Part shown: in pieces, positions 33,250-46,393 of the stretch
How positions within the stretch are numbered: position 1 is the first letter of the stretch
Layout: every line of letters begins with the position of its first letter
Source: Rhizodiscina lignyota
Lineage: Eukaryota
Length of the DNA: 64,000 bases
Assembly: GCA_010015805.1 (NCBI GenBank)
Contig: ML978126.1
Span: forward strand, 1,736,001 to 1,800,000
Reading direction: 5' to 3'
Notes under the pieces: model-generated
The model's database searches: none
What the model was told of the DNA's origin: nothing
What the model saw: only the letters and a program-made list of their open reading frames with translations
Program-made: the position numbers and the translations under genes

Positions 33250-36200
33250 ATGGCTTCCATTACGACTGGACGACCCGATTCCAGCCCAGAATTTACGGGT
33301 GCGAGCGACTCGGTGGACATTGAGGTCCATAGCAATACCGGCTCCACCATAAAGACATCAGCGCACATTGACACCGGGTCAGCAGTTAATTTCATCAGCT
33401 CATCACTTGCCGAGCAGCTCGGCTTAGGCGCATTCAAAGAAGATGGAAGCCGAGTTCTGTTCCAAACCTTGGATGGTCGCCCTATCAGAAGTAAAGGAGA
33501 AGTGGTACTTTCAATTACAATGCCAGTGGAGCTACTGCTACGGCACGGACGGCGGGAGTTACAGAAGGAAGAGAGCATCGAGGCCCGTTTTCACGTATTT
33601 GGCGATGAAGCGCCACGAGATTTCACCGTCCTTCTCGGTCGAGACTTTATTGAGGGGATGTTCCGGATTGTCTCTGGATCAACCTTTCATGGCGAGAAAG
33701 ATGCGAAAACGTCAGCGCCATCGGAATCAAATCCATCAGACCCAGTCCGAATTACGAAGTCCGGCAGCAGTCCACATGAAATGGAACCTGACGACAATAT
33801 CAAGCAAACGAAATCAACGACCGACGTGAACGACTCATTGCGGCTGGATACGCCCGATCTTCATGTTGTGGACTCTTCTTCTGGCCAAGCTACAGCAGCA
33901 ATCATCTTTGTACATGGCCGAAAAGGCAGTTGGAAGGACATATGGACATCTCCAGGACGCGTTTGCTGGCCTCTGGATCTCCTTTTAGATGCTGTTCCAG
34001 GTGCTCTAACAGTCTTCTCCAAATGGTCGGAATTTGCGAGCTACTCTGACCTGGGTAGTCTTGCTAGAACACTCGCAGACAACCTTCTGAGACTTAGGCT
34101 TCAGAGTACTCTGAAGGTTACTGCTCCTGTAGTCTTTGTCTGCCACGGCTACGGAAGCAAGATCCTCCAAGCGACGATCGAACGTTTAGAACTGGGAACA
34201 GGCTTGAAAGATGATGCCGTCAAGGATCAATCGTTGAAGATCATACAGCGAATTCAGTCTGTCTTAATCTTCGACCCAGTTCCATCCCCGACATCAGTTA
34301 CTCGACGACTCTCTGGAACAGAGCGATCAAAATCAAAGGCTTGGAATCTGAATCCCAGCGTGCCCATAGTCTATTTGAGACCTCTGGGAGGCAATTTTCA
34401 AAGACTTTTCGGTCTTTCCGAGGCATCGCGTGGAGCTGGAGGCTCTCTACGAGCGGAGCCAGGATCCAGTGCCATATATTTGCATGCTCGCAATAAAACG
34501 CTCATGCAATTTGCTGGCAGAGAGGATCCAAACTACAAAATTGTGCTGCAGCTGATCCTTGCGCATCTCGGACAGGTGCCCAGCCGTATAGAAAACTTGC
34601 AATCAGTGGAGATCATTGGCAATTCGACGATATATGCAGCCAACACCGGCCCAATTCATGTATCCGGAAACGCTACTGTTTACGCTTTCCAGACCGGATC
34701 AATCAGCTCCACCGGGGCCGGGGCCGTCTACAGCAATCAGGCAGGCGACGTGTCTCTCCATGGAAATGCTATTGCTCGGATCCAAGGGTGCGGTGATCTG
34801 AATCTCCATGGGAATGCAATGGCAAGCATCGCAAACAGTGCAGATGTGCTTGCAAGAGGCCAGAGTATTGTTCGGACTGACGTCAGCGATGCTGGACACC
34901 ATGATCCGGTCTCGATGCCGTCCACCACCAAATCCACTCTACCACAACTGGGGTTATTTTCATTGCGTCCGCAGTTGGACAAGATCTTGAAGGCCGCGCA
35001 ATCAAGACATGCTAGTTCCACGCAGGCACCAACCGTCAGAATCGATGTGGAATGGAATCTCATGGAGTTTTTAGAAGAAGACTTTGACTTAGATCAGCGT
35101 CTTGAGGACATTTTCGTTCTTGTTGGAAAGGCCGACGCTCCGCAAGGGATGACATGCGGTGACTACGTCAACTCACGATGGCATACAACAGGGAAGAGTG
35201 TGCTCAAGAAAGTACAGAGCGCAATATGGCATCTAAGAAAGGAAGTCGAGGCAGTAGAAAATTACGGACTACCAGAAGGTAAGTTCCCCTACTTGAGGGC
35301 GATGAAAGAGTTGGCTGCGACTTTCCCGGCACAGCACACCTATAACGCACAGTCTCTGCAACAAATAAAGTGTCTAAATTTCGCAGAGGTTTGTTACTGT
35401 TGTAAACTCTGTAAAGAAGGAAGAACCAAGCTTACAGAGGTAGTCTTGCTTCTCTTGAGGAGCAAGAGCTACTCGCCTTTGAGCGTTACAGCTTGCCCAG
35501 TGGCCAGCGATTCTATCATCCTCAGTCATCCTCCGAGTAGCGCTAATGTCTCGTGTCACAGGTCATTCCTCAAGGTCCATCGCAGTACTCGACACCAAAT
35601 GGAGAACCGAGTCACGCGGTAATCGGCGAATCGAACGGTCGTCTTTCAGGTTACGTGGGGACAACCGATCCCTGGGAGATTTTGGAGAGACTATCGCCTG
35701 GCTTGTAGCTGCTTTGAGGCCAACAAACCATACACGCTCGGATTTCTCTATGTCGGACGTTGAATTTTCTGTTTTGTTGACAGACGAAGAAGACTTTGAC
35801 GATGTTAGATGTATCTGCAAGCCAAAACCCATGCGGGCGGTCAAGCCTGACCTAACACAATGCTGGCATAGCTTGTTCAAGAACACCACTATTATCAACT
35901 GTCCCATAATAAACGCAAAGCCGGAGTCGACCGGCGCAAACTCCCACGCGTTGGCTGGAGGATTGCAATCCAATGGTGTCTCTGCTCCTGAGGGGTTTGG
36001 TTTGGGCTTACCATTTGATGGTCTCAACCACTTGGCTGCCTTATCAGGGGCAGACACGCCAGTCGAATACGACGGTGGGCTTGTATTACTAGGGTTTTCT
36101 ACCATTCTCGTTCCTTGCCAACGGCTTGACAACGACGGTCTCCAATGGCATCTGGTTCGGGAGGAAGACGCCAAAAAGATGATTTCACTCAGTAAAATTG

Positions 36201-37873
36201 ACGACGACAAGATCTGCCAAGCTCGAGATCGCAAGTTGATCACCACGGTCGAACAAATTCACGCTGCCAAGAGGCACTTCATTGGTTTGTGGGAAGATGC
36301 AATAATTGCCCTCGGAACGAAACAATATCTATACGAGCTATCACCACAAGATGAATTCGACGAAATCAAGTACGATGAAGTCAAAGCCAGCTTCTCCCAA
36401 TCGATGTCGATCGGGTACAAAGGTGTCACATTAGGGAAAACGAATACCACAGCATATCGCCGGACCCAAATCACCAGAGATCCCGAACTGGAGACCTTAA
36501 GCTCGAAATTGGATTGGTTTGGCAACGAAGCCGTAATAATCTACGAATTCGGCGAACTCCGAAGGTCGTGGCTTGTTCCTAAACTATCATTGATTCTTTT
36601 CGCGACGCAAGCGTATCTTCACTTCAGCAACGAACATCGGGATGATGGGCGTGACAAAATTCTAAATTATGCGGAGCCAGAGGCGGATGGCGCTCGGGCA
36701 GCATGGAAGATTCTGCAGCCACAAGATGGCGGGACCACTGTCAAGGGCTTCACACTGAGCAACGACTCCGATACGGAGAAAGCAGATGCAAGCAAGACAC
36801 TGCTATATGACGTTCTGCAGACTATTACAACCAACCTGAGGAGAGTTTCGGCACGTGCCAGTCCTGGAGGTGGCCCACTAAGTTGGAGTTGCGTGTTCGG
36901 CTACGACCTAGCGAATCTTTGCTCTTCCCCGACCCTGAATTTTCTACGCACACCTTGGACTTTTAACTGGATATCTGGTTCGGGCTCCAGTAGTGGGTGG
37001 ATGTCTCTCACGAAAACCGTTCCGGTGTTCCTCTGCTCCAGGATCCCTCCGCCAGTCCGTCCAGTCACGGAGAAGGAGAATAAGGAGTTCGATCCACCCC
37101 TGAATGAAAACCATATGGTTTGCCCTATATCTGCCCTAGCATTAGTAGATCGCGCTGGCTATAAAGGGCTAGAGAAGGGAAAGGTTACCCAGGACGTTTT
37201 CCTCCACTCTCCCCATACACCTTTCGGAAACTGCGATTGCCAGGAATGCCAATGTCCGGAGGATCACCTACCAGAGCCACGAGTGCAGCGATTTGTTAAC
37301 AGTGATGAACGCCTCGCAAGGTGGAAGAATATTCTGGACCACAAAGGTGCAGCAATTCTCGTCGCACCAGATGGCAAGATTCAAACTCCAGTGAGAAGCG
37401 AAGAGCCACAGTCCAAGCCGACATCTGCCCAATCTGCAGCTGAGAATGGTGCTGCGCCAGGGCCGAGCGTGGCATCTGTTGTATCTGATATCCCAGAGAA
37501 CGTGCAGGATTTGATAGCGGAAATGCTTGCAGAATCCAGCAAGCATGGCACCAAAACCGAACCAGACGATGGACAGCCCGAAGCAAGCGCACAGCCTGCA
37601 CAAGTGAAAGAATTAGAATTGCCCAACCCGTCTAGAGAATCCACTCATTGTCCGCAGAGTAATGAGGACGGCAAAGGGAAACGTCCAATGAGAAAAGCCC
37701 CTGTGTCAAAAGATGACAAGAGCGACCCTGTTGTCAACACAGCGAAGCAGCAACATGGAACGACCGAGCGGCTTCAAAGCACACCGAGTGAAAACCCGCG
37801 TCGGGACTCCAAGAGCAGCCGGTGGCAACGTTTCGGGTTTGGGCAATTCCAGCATCGTTCGGACAATGCCTGA
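33250..37873 (+). CDS. ~1450-aa multidomain protein: retropepsin-like protease, degenerate alpha/beta-hydrolase, beta-solenoid repeats, uncharacterised C-terminal domain
   Basis: Intron 35279-35561 (GTAAGT...GCTAAT...CAG) joins the 791-aa and 775-aa ORFs in frame (PE/GHSS). Motifs AHIDTGSAVNFIS...VLLGRDFI and IIFVHG...WPLDLL...VVFVCHGYG. Confidence 0.7.
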
Positions 37874-38343
37874 CACGGCTGAGTATCTGTATACTGTTTC
37901 GAATCGCCGCTCGAGGGCGACAAGAAGATTGAGCCGCAGCTATGCAGCATGGAATTGTTCCGACGGACTGCCTCTTCAGATTAGACAAGTCATTCTTATT
38001 AAATCTTGCCATTCTGGTTAAGTACTGCCCCGATTACGTTGAATCAGACTTACAGAATTGCTCTCACTCGCCCGAAGAGTCGAACTGAGCATCATTATCC
38101 AATGATCATCATCTCGAAATTACGGGCCCAGTACGACAGGTCTTGCACCACTCGACAATTTGGGGATCTAAAGCTTAGATTGCAAGTTCAGATATATATA
38201 TCCAACACCATGCTGGCTACCAGAAGCCCACTCAGAGTCCAATTGGATACTCCGCACAAGAGCAACGCTTGCAGCCTCCATGCAAGTAGCGACGCGACCA
38301 AATGCTCAGTACACCAAGACTAGAATGACTCATCCAGCAAAAG

Positions 38344-39905
38344 CTAGTTATCAACGCCAATATGCACATTCTTCTCACCCTCCGGCAGGATTTTCTTCTC
38401 CTTCTCCCCCTTCAAACCCGGCAACTCCTCCAACGCCTCCTTAATAATCCTCAGCGACTCCTGAATCTGCTGCTCGCTAATAACCAACGGCGGCGCCAGT
38501 CTAATGATATTCTGATGCGTCGGCTTCGCCAGTAGTCCCTTCTCCTTCATCAGCATGCACAGATCCCACGCGCTGTGTCCGTTGGTTTTCTGCTCATCAA
38601 TAACAATCGCATTAAGCAGGCCCTTGCCGCGGATTGTCGTGATCATGGGGCTATTAATGTCTTTCAGCCCGTCGCGGAAGATCTTACCCAACTTCTCCGC
38701 GCGCTCGACGAGTCGCTCTTCCTGCACGATTTCCAACGCGCGGATGGACACCGCTGAGCCGAGCGGGTTGCCGCCATACGTCGAGCCGTGAGTGCCAGGC
38801 TCAATGGTGAGCATCACGTCTTTCGATGCGAGCACGCATGATACGGGGTACATCCCGCCGGAGATGGCTTTCCCCAGCAGCACCATATCCGGCTTGATTC
38901 CACTCCATTCGGAGCAGAGCAGTTTTCCTGTCCTCGCGATGCCAGTCTGGATCTCGTCGCAGATCAGCAGGACGTTGTGCTTCTCGCACAGCGCCTTCAC
39001 TTCGCGGAGGTAATTGTCGTCTGGCACGATGATCCCGGCTTCGCCTTGTATTGGCTCCACGAGAAACGCAGCTGTCCGCTCGCCGTGCGTTTCTAGTACC
39101 GTTCGGAGGTCATCGACATTGTTGTAGCGGATCGGCTTCTTCGTTACTGGGCAGAAGCTGCCGATGTTGGGGAGGTAGGGGCCGTAGTTATCGCGCGATT
39201 CGGGGTCTGTAGACATCGTTATAGCGGCGAACTATTACACCATTCATCAGCACCCAGCCTCTTCATTATATCATCGAGGGGTATTGGCACGTACCGTCCG
39301 TCCATGAAAGTTCTCCTGCACACTGAAAACCAGCGCTTCATCATGCGGTATGCCCTTCACCTTGTATCCCCACTTCCTCGCAATCTTGACTGCCGTCTCG
39401 ACGGCTTCGGCACCTGTGTTCATAGGTAGAACCATGTCGTATCCAAACATCTGTGTCACGAACTCTGCAAAGCGGGGGAAGACATCGTTGTAGAAGGCGC
39501 GAGAGCTCAGCGTCAGTCGGGAGGCTTGCTCCGTCAAGGCCTTGACGAGCTCCGGGTGGCAGTGGCCCTGGTTGACGGCGCTGTAGGCGGAGAGGAAGTC
39601 GAGGTAGTGCTTGCCTGTCCCGCATGTTAGCATCAGTGTCTCAGTATTGCGACTCAGGGGATGATTGAGGGGAAGGAGAAGATGGAGATAGACAGACCTT
39701 CTGGATCCCATACTGAGACGCCTGATGCCTTCGCGAATACTATGGGTAATGGGTGGTAGTTGTGTGCGGCGAAGCTAGCTTCGGTCTGAACAGCTTGCTG
39801 AGACGACGTCGCGTGGTAACGGTCCGCCTCGAGTTTCGCAGACGCTTTGGAGCCTGGACCGGCTGAATGGCTGCCATTCTGCTGGTCGAATGCAATTGGT
39901 GCCAT
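38344..39905 (-). CDS. CAR2: Ornithine aminotransferase, 3 exons
   Basis: [57 protein letters not shown] and HGSTYGGNP. Confidence 0.97.
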
Positions 39906-40559
39906 GGCGAGTACTATAAGTCAATATCTCGTGCTGTAAACTGTGAATTGTCTTGTTGTAAGATGGCAAGGTGGGGTCGTTGTGTGGATGGTGGGGTAGA
40001 GGACGATGTCGCAGCGACGAGGGATGGAGAACAAAGAAAAGAAAGGAAAAGAGGTGGAGCGGCTGAATATGTACTTATTCTTGTGGGGATTCAGGCGTCA
40101 TCTGTGAGGCAAATTGGAGTCTGGAATCATGTTAGACCGTTTGTATCCTCGACCTGCCATTAGGGATTCTCGTCGCCTCGACCTGCGCATAGCGTGCAAG
40201 TGCCAAATGGCCCTTTCAAATGTGCGACCAATCAGCGTCGCCGCATTTCAGCATGGAGAGGACCGAGTTCGCATGGCGGATCAGCTGACGCTAGTGAGAT
40301 GTTTGCCATGTCTGGGCAAGCAAATGGAAGCTGTATATTGAGCTCTTTCCATGTGATTATCTGATTCTCATCTATACAGTCTCGAAAGTTTGCGACTCTG
40401 CGCGGGTATAGATTCCTCAGCGCCCATGCTGTACGCCGTACGCTCCATGCTGTAAATGCCCCATGATCCTTCCCATGCGTCCCCGAACGACATTAAAGCA
40501 AATGCTCTCATTAAAGTATCATCGCAGAAAAGTCGGAGAAAAGAAAATGCAAAGAACTT

Positions 40560-41619
40560 TTAGAAGTTCCTCGACGGCTGAACTGGCTCCGGTGGTTTGT
40601 ATCCGACTCCATTCGCAGAACCGTTCGCGTATCCATTGTTGCCGTTTGTGTATCCATTAGACGGTGCAGCAGGGGCATAGTACCTCTCACCACCTGGAGC
40701 GCTCGCTGCAGGATTGTAAGCAGTACCTGTTTCGACCATGTCTGGAGCACCTTTCCTTGTATCTTCCTGCCTCGTTCGAAGCGCCGGGATGAAGTCGACG
40801 GCGAAGGACACGACGTAGAAGGTGAAGACGAGGGCAATGACCCACTCGATGACGGCTGCTGCGTTGTATTCGCCCCGGTTTCCGGTAACACCAAATCCTG
40901 TACACGAATCAACATGAGATGCTACTTTACGCTTTGTGGAATAGGATGTACAAACCTATCGCGAGAGCAAGCTCCACAATAATGAATGCGAGCTTCATCC
41001 AGAATGATACACGTAAAATGTGATGTTGGCGGTAGTGGATGCCGAGGCGCTGATATTCCCAGCAGATGAAAACCGCGGAGACAATGTAACCGGCGCTAGA
41101 AAGGGATGTCAGATACGAGTCTGTGGACCACATATGCGGCATGAGACGTACATGAAGAGAACGAGGAAGGCATCATGGAGGTGTGGGTGACGAAGGGTGT
41201 CGAAAATTGTGAGGAGGATAAGGCCGGCGGCGCCAGCAATGCTCGCGAGGATCGAGAGCACCGAAAGGATCTTCTGGAAGCGCGAGGTATTGTGCTGCAA
41301 GCGCCCGGTGTGTCGAAGGTAGCGTTCGAAGATGAAGCTCAGATCGAGAATGACAACAACCACGGCGCTCATCGCAATAAACAGCGGCTTCAGGCCCTGC
41401 GCGCCAACGTCGGATATGTAACTAAAACGCGTCAGAAGATTGATTGACAAACTATCCAGATCCAGGTCCTTACGCGATAGTCTGGTGCTCATTGAACGAA
41501 GGGTAGTGCGGTTCGCCTTTGCAAACCCAATCAAGGAGCAGCGCGAGTAGCATTGCCAGCCATACTACGCCAGCGAAGAGTGGGAAGACCCAGAACGAAA
41601 GCCACGGGACGCCAAACAT
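40560..41619 (-). CDS. SFK1: Frag1/DRAM/Sfk1 family membrane protein, multi-exon
   Basis: MFGVPWLSFWVFP..., YISDVGAQGLKPLFIA, ERYLRHTGRL, IFDTLRHPHLHD and EWVIA. Confidence 0.85.
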
Positions 41620-42427
41620 GCTGGAGGTGCTATTCCGCGGAGAGTGAGTGTCGAATCGAGGTTTTCAAAGTGACGAATTGAGGTTGGAGAGGGTAAACAG
41701 GGCAAGTGGCCTAGCGCGGAGGTGTAACAGTTCTGTGGCGCCTTGGATGCGATGATTTGGGCAGACTGGCACGCGACACCCTTTGCACACCGTTCGACCT
41801 GAATATTTTACAATAAAATCAGAAGGAAAGAGGCTATGAGTCTTCACTCGAGCATATATCGTCACGGCAATAGCGGAGAAAAGGCGATTTGCGCGTCGTC
41901 CTACTGACCTGCCTCGTAGCAATGACATCACGGCCGCACAGCCATGGCAGCGGCGCTATGCTCGGAGTGCGCAACCGCACGCAAATCGCTCGTCTCCGTA
42001 AGCATCCGGCAGGTGGTAGAGGCTGTTCGTCCGTTGCTACGAAGATTGGTCATGGCCGTCTACCTCTGCACCTGTCTGGAAGGTCCTCTCCACTTGGCAA
42101 GTGGGTGTATCCATAAGCAAGCGAAGCCACAGACAGAGTTCAGAGTTTAGAGTTTGGAGTGATAATTCACGCATCAAATCTCTGGGCGCTGCGGCTCGTT
42201 CCTGTCAGCTCAGCCTGGCGATCGCCCTCCCGCCAGCCATCCCGCCGTGCTCGCGAAATGCCCGAGCTTGGCGGGCGGTAAAATCCCACAGCGGTACGGA
42301 ACATCCAGTAGCGCCGACGTCGCTTGCACGCCAATCACACGCCGCTAGCACACCCTCGCAAAATCAGTGAGAGCCACTTCGACTCCAACCACCATTCTTC
42401 ATCGACCTCATCGACACCACCGCCAAC

Positions 42428-43012
42428 ATGCCGAAGGAGGTCAAGCAGAAGAGCGGCATTGCCGTCGGCGCAAATGCCGGACACGTACGTTAATGCAACC
42501 ATCTAAGCTGCTAGCTTAGTAGTGAACGGAGTGCTAACGGTTAATTCTCTGCAGCAAGTCACACCTCGCCAGCCGAAGCCCAGAGTGTCTCGCATGCGGG
42601 GTCATCTGTCGAAGCGCACTGCATTTGTGAGGGAGATTGTTCGCGAGGTCTCAGGGTACGTCGAGTCTATTAGAAAAAATACTGGTCGTTGTTTGATGGG
42701 CACATTTGGGGCGTTGTGCGGAGTGGAAATACAGCAGCAGCATAGGGTACAGTGGAAGATGAACAGGTAGCTAATATACGACCCTGCAGTCTTGCACCAT
42801 ACGAGCGCCGCGTCATCGAACTTCTCCGCAACAGCAAGGACAAGCGTGCACGTAAGCTCGCAAAGAAGAGAGTATGCCACACCACAAAATCTTTTGAGGA
42901 AGCAAAGGACACAGAACTAACGAGAGAGCAGCTCGGCACCTTCGGACGTGCGAAGAGAAAGGTCGACGAGATGACGAAGATCATTGCGGAGTCGAGGAGG
43001 GCTGGTCACTAA
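42428..43012 (+). CDS. RPL36: 60S ribosomal protein L36 (eL36), 4 exons
   Basis: [63 protein letters not shown] and [14 protein letters not shown]. Confidence 0.97.
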
Positions 43013-43298
43013 ACGATGGGCTGACGACTTTTGCGGATTTCTTCTTTGCGAATGGTATCAAGGCAGTTATACCAACGAAACAACGGTGTGCAAAAGGAAT
43101 GGCTTTTCTCAATTCTAGCATTTGCGGAATGGCAATTGTTCTCCGTTAAGGACGTCTTCATTCATGCTACTCAGCTATCAAGTTTTGCCATGCCTTTGAA
43201 GCCAGAAACTTCGTGAAAGTCTATACCGCCAGTGATTCCAGGGATAGCTTCGCCTGGATATCAGTAAACGCCACCCCAAACGCCGTCGTGCAATGCAT

Positions 43299-44857
43299 TC
43301 ACTTCTTTCCGAAGCGCAGGAACTTCTTCAACTTCGCCTCCACGTCTCCACCGCCCGACTTAGGCTTCTGCTGCTGCTCAGACGCATTCCCTATCGCAGG
43401 AGCCTTGCCCTTAACATCTTCTGCTAATGCTGGTGCCTCTACCTTGATCTGTTGCGCTTGCTGCCTATACTGACTCTTCAGCACGGGCTTCTGTCTCGCC
43501 GCAACGCTCGCTTTATCATCCCAAGCGAAGTTCATCAGCACTCGTCCCTGCAGCTTTAAATCCGGGACGAGCCTCTCCTTCCCATCCCTCAGACTCGTTT
43601 GCAGTCCATTTGGTCCCAAATACCGCAGCACGAACGGCTCTCCTTCTGATTCCAGCATCTGCCTTATCTCGTCATAAAGACAGCTAGCGGGCTCCTGCGG
43701 CTTGAACGCCGCCAAGATGCTGGTCTGGTCGGGGAAGCGGACTCGTACTTGGACTTGCGCGACGGTCGCGAGTTTCTCATCTCTGGCTTTCTCTGCGGCG
43801 GCGAGCTCCGCGTCGGAGGGGAGGCGCTTGTTGCGGCTTTCGTTGTTGAGACGGGCTTGGTGGAGTTTGGCGTGATCGAGTGTGGGCTCGAAATCGGAGT
43901 CGTTGAAGGCGAAGCGCGGGTCTTGAGGTGATGGTGCGACTGGAGCGGCGAAAACAGTCATGGGGCGGGCGGTTGGGCTGGCTGTGGAGGCTTGAGGGGA
44001 TGTTGATGATGATGGTGCGGTAGTTGGCTCGTCATGCGCGCTTGTCTCTACTGTGTCTGAAGCTGAGATAGCTGGTACCGGATCTTGTACCTCTGGTACT
44101 GATGTATCCATAGCTTCATCCTGCTCCGACTGCTTCGAGCTCTCAGCCTCTCCGGCATTGACACTTGTCTGTTCACTCTCGTCCGCTTGAAAGTACCGTG
44201 ATATATCCGCCATCGCGTCCTCAAGCGGACTCCCACTGTTCTTGAAGTTTATCCTCAGCAGCGCGCTCCCACTATTCAGTCCAACCTGCGCCAAGCACTT
44301 CTGCAGATCCTCAAAAGTGCTCAGTTCGCGGTTCATGACTTGTATGACTGGCATCTCGTAGTTCAATCGGCCTGCTCCAGACTGGCCGCCATTTGTCTGT
44401 GGTACGCCTCGCTGTGTGAAGTTCAAGTTCCTGGCAGAGCCTGATGTGCTTCCGGCCGCACCGCTCTCGAAGCGACGGAGGATCTGCCAGAAGGATGTCG
44501 TGCTTGGGAACTTGTCTGTGAGGCGGACATTGTTCTCTGACGCTGGTAGTTGTAGAGCAACGTTGACGACGGTGGGAGAGCGAGAAGCTTGCACAAGTTC
44601 GAGTTGCGCGCCGGACGGGAGGCTCGAGAGGCGGTATGTAAGGGAGAGGTCGAGCGCTTTCTTGTTGTATCTAAGGTCTGTTAATTCTTCAACAGCGTGC
44701 ATTGTTCCCAGAAGACTCACTTCAGCCCGTATTGCTCTGGTCTAAGGCCAAGCTTCTTGCAGCCTTCCTCGAGGATATCATTCAAGTGTTTCCCCGGCGT
44801 GGTCTTGACAGTCGCCCGCCTGAAGCTCGAATCGATTATGACTACATGAGACGCCAT
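43299..44857 (-). CDS. UBX-domain Cdc48 cofactor (Ubx4/TUG/ASPL-like), 2 exons
   Basis: N-terminal ubiquitin-like MASHVVIIDSSFRRATVKTTPG...LDLSLTYRLSSL...LEL, and UBX motif VRVRFPD. Confidence 0.85.
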
Positions 44858-45271
44858 ATTCTCCTAACAGTGTCGTAGATGCAAATAGCTGCAAATATCG
44901 TTCTCGACACAATCGTAATGTGGTAGTACTTGCAGGTGGGCGCGTGAGTTCGCTTGGCTTCGATGATTTTCCACACGTTTTGGTAAGCTAAGAAGGCGCC
45001 GGAGCAGGCGCACAGGATGCTCGATTCTCGATGAGTGATGTTCAGAGGGTAGGAAGGGAGAAGTCGCGTTGCCATCATTTGAAGGCGTGAAGTTGGATTT
45101 ATATTGACTCCGTCGGTCACCAAGGCAGCTGCCCCACACTAGGAGGGTAGCAACACTGACGTTGCTCGCCCGCCGCATTTCAAAGCCGCACAAGAACCTC
45201 GCCCCACCAATCCTCGAACGCGACCTTCGCGCATTCGACATCCACGATTTATTCTTCGACAGAGTATCAAC

Positions 45272-46393
45272 ATGTCGAAGACAGTCCTCATCAAGTCGCC
45301 TGACCAGTTTCGGTCCCTGCTTCAGTCTTCACGGATTGTCGTGGTTGACTGTATGTGTCCCCACCATGAGTAAACAACAACGCGCACAACTGCTAACTTC
45401 ACAGTCTACGCGGACTGGTGTGGGCCATGCAAAGCGATTGCGCCCATATTCGAGCAGCTGTCAGGCCAGCTATCGCGGAAGGACCAAATCACGTTCACTA
45501 AAGTCGACACCGAGGAGCAGAAGCAGCTTGCGCAGACCTTCGGCATCACGGCGTATGTGCCACACAATATTTCGGTAGTGTGTATGTGTTGGAATTGAGC
45601 TTGGCTAATATGTTCCTATGCTAGGCTACCGACCTTCCTTGTCTTCAAGAACGGAAGCGAAGTGGAAAGGATACAAAGCGCCAATGCAAAGGCACTCTCA
45701 GACGCAGTGAAGAAGCTTGCGGCGGAGGCTGGAGGCTCAAGTTCAGGCGGCTTCGGCGAGAGCAGCTCCAGCTCGGGAACATGGCGTGGAGCTGGTCTGC
45801 CTCGCGGTTACACTGATGTCACGGATGAAGTGGATGTGCGCGGCCTGGATCTGCTAAACGCCGACAGCTCGTTCGGAGAAGTCAGGACACTATTCAGCGG
45901 AGAGCAACCGAGCGCTGTCACTGGCAAGAGCAAGGCTGGCAGCTCCAACTCAAAGGCAGACTGGATAGAGAGTGACACGGACGAGCAGCTCATGCTCTTC
46001 ATCCCGTTCCAGTCAACCCTCAAAGTCCATACCGTCCAGATCACCTCCATCCCTCCGAAGAGCTCCGACGACGAGGAGATACCCATGCGGCCGCGAACTA
46101 TCAAGCTATACACCAACAGAGCGCACAATCTAGGCTTCGAAGAGGCGGATGACATCCCACCAACGCAGACAATCGAGCTCAGCGACGATGCGTGGGATGA
46201 GAAGACGGGCACTGCGAAGCTCGAGCTCCGCTTCGTCAAGTTCCAGAACGTCAGTTCGCTAGTCATGTTCGTTGTTGACGGAGACGGCGATGGAGAGAAG
46301 GTCAGGGTGGATCGCATACGGCTGATTGGCGAGTCGGGAAGCAAGAGGGAGATGGGCAAGCTCGAGAAGATTGGTGACGAGCAGGGCGAGTAG
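45272..46393 (+). CDS. TXL1: Thioredoxin-PITH domain protein (Txl1/TXNL1-like), 3 exons
   Basis: YADWCGPCKAIAP active site. PITH motifs ESDTDEQLMLFIPF and LRFVKFQNV. Confidence 0.9.

Noticed and set aside
33310..33660. LTR retrotransposon suggested by the DTG protease
   Set aside because: No LTRs, gag, RT, RNase H or integrase. The domain is in frame with a cellular-type protein.
42656..42789. Intronic snoRNA in RPL36 intron 2
   Set aside because: No clear C/D or H/ACA box pair.
42871..42930. 20-aa insertion in RPL36 implied by ORF 42752-43012
   Set aside because: It is a canonical stop-free ~60-nt intron (GTATGC...CTAAC...CAG).
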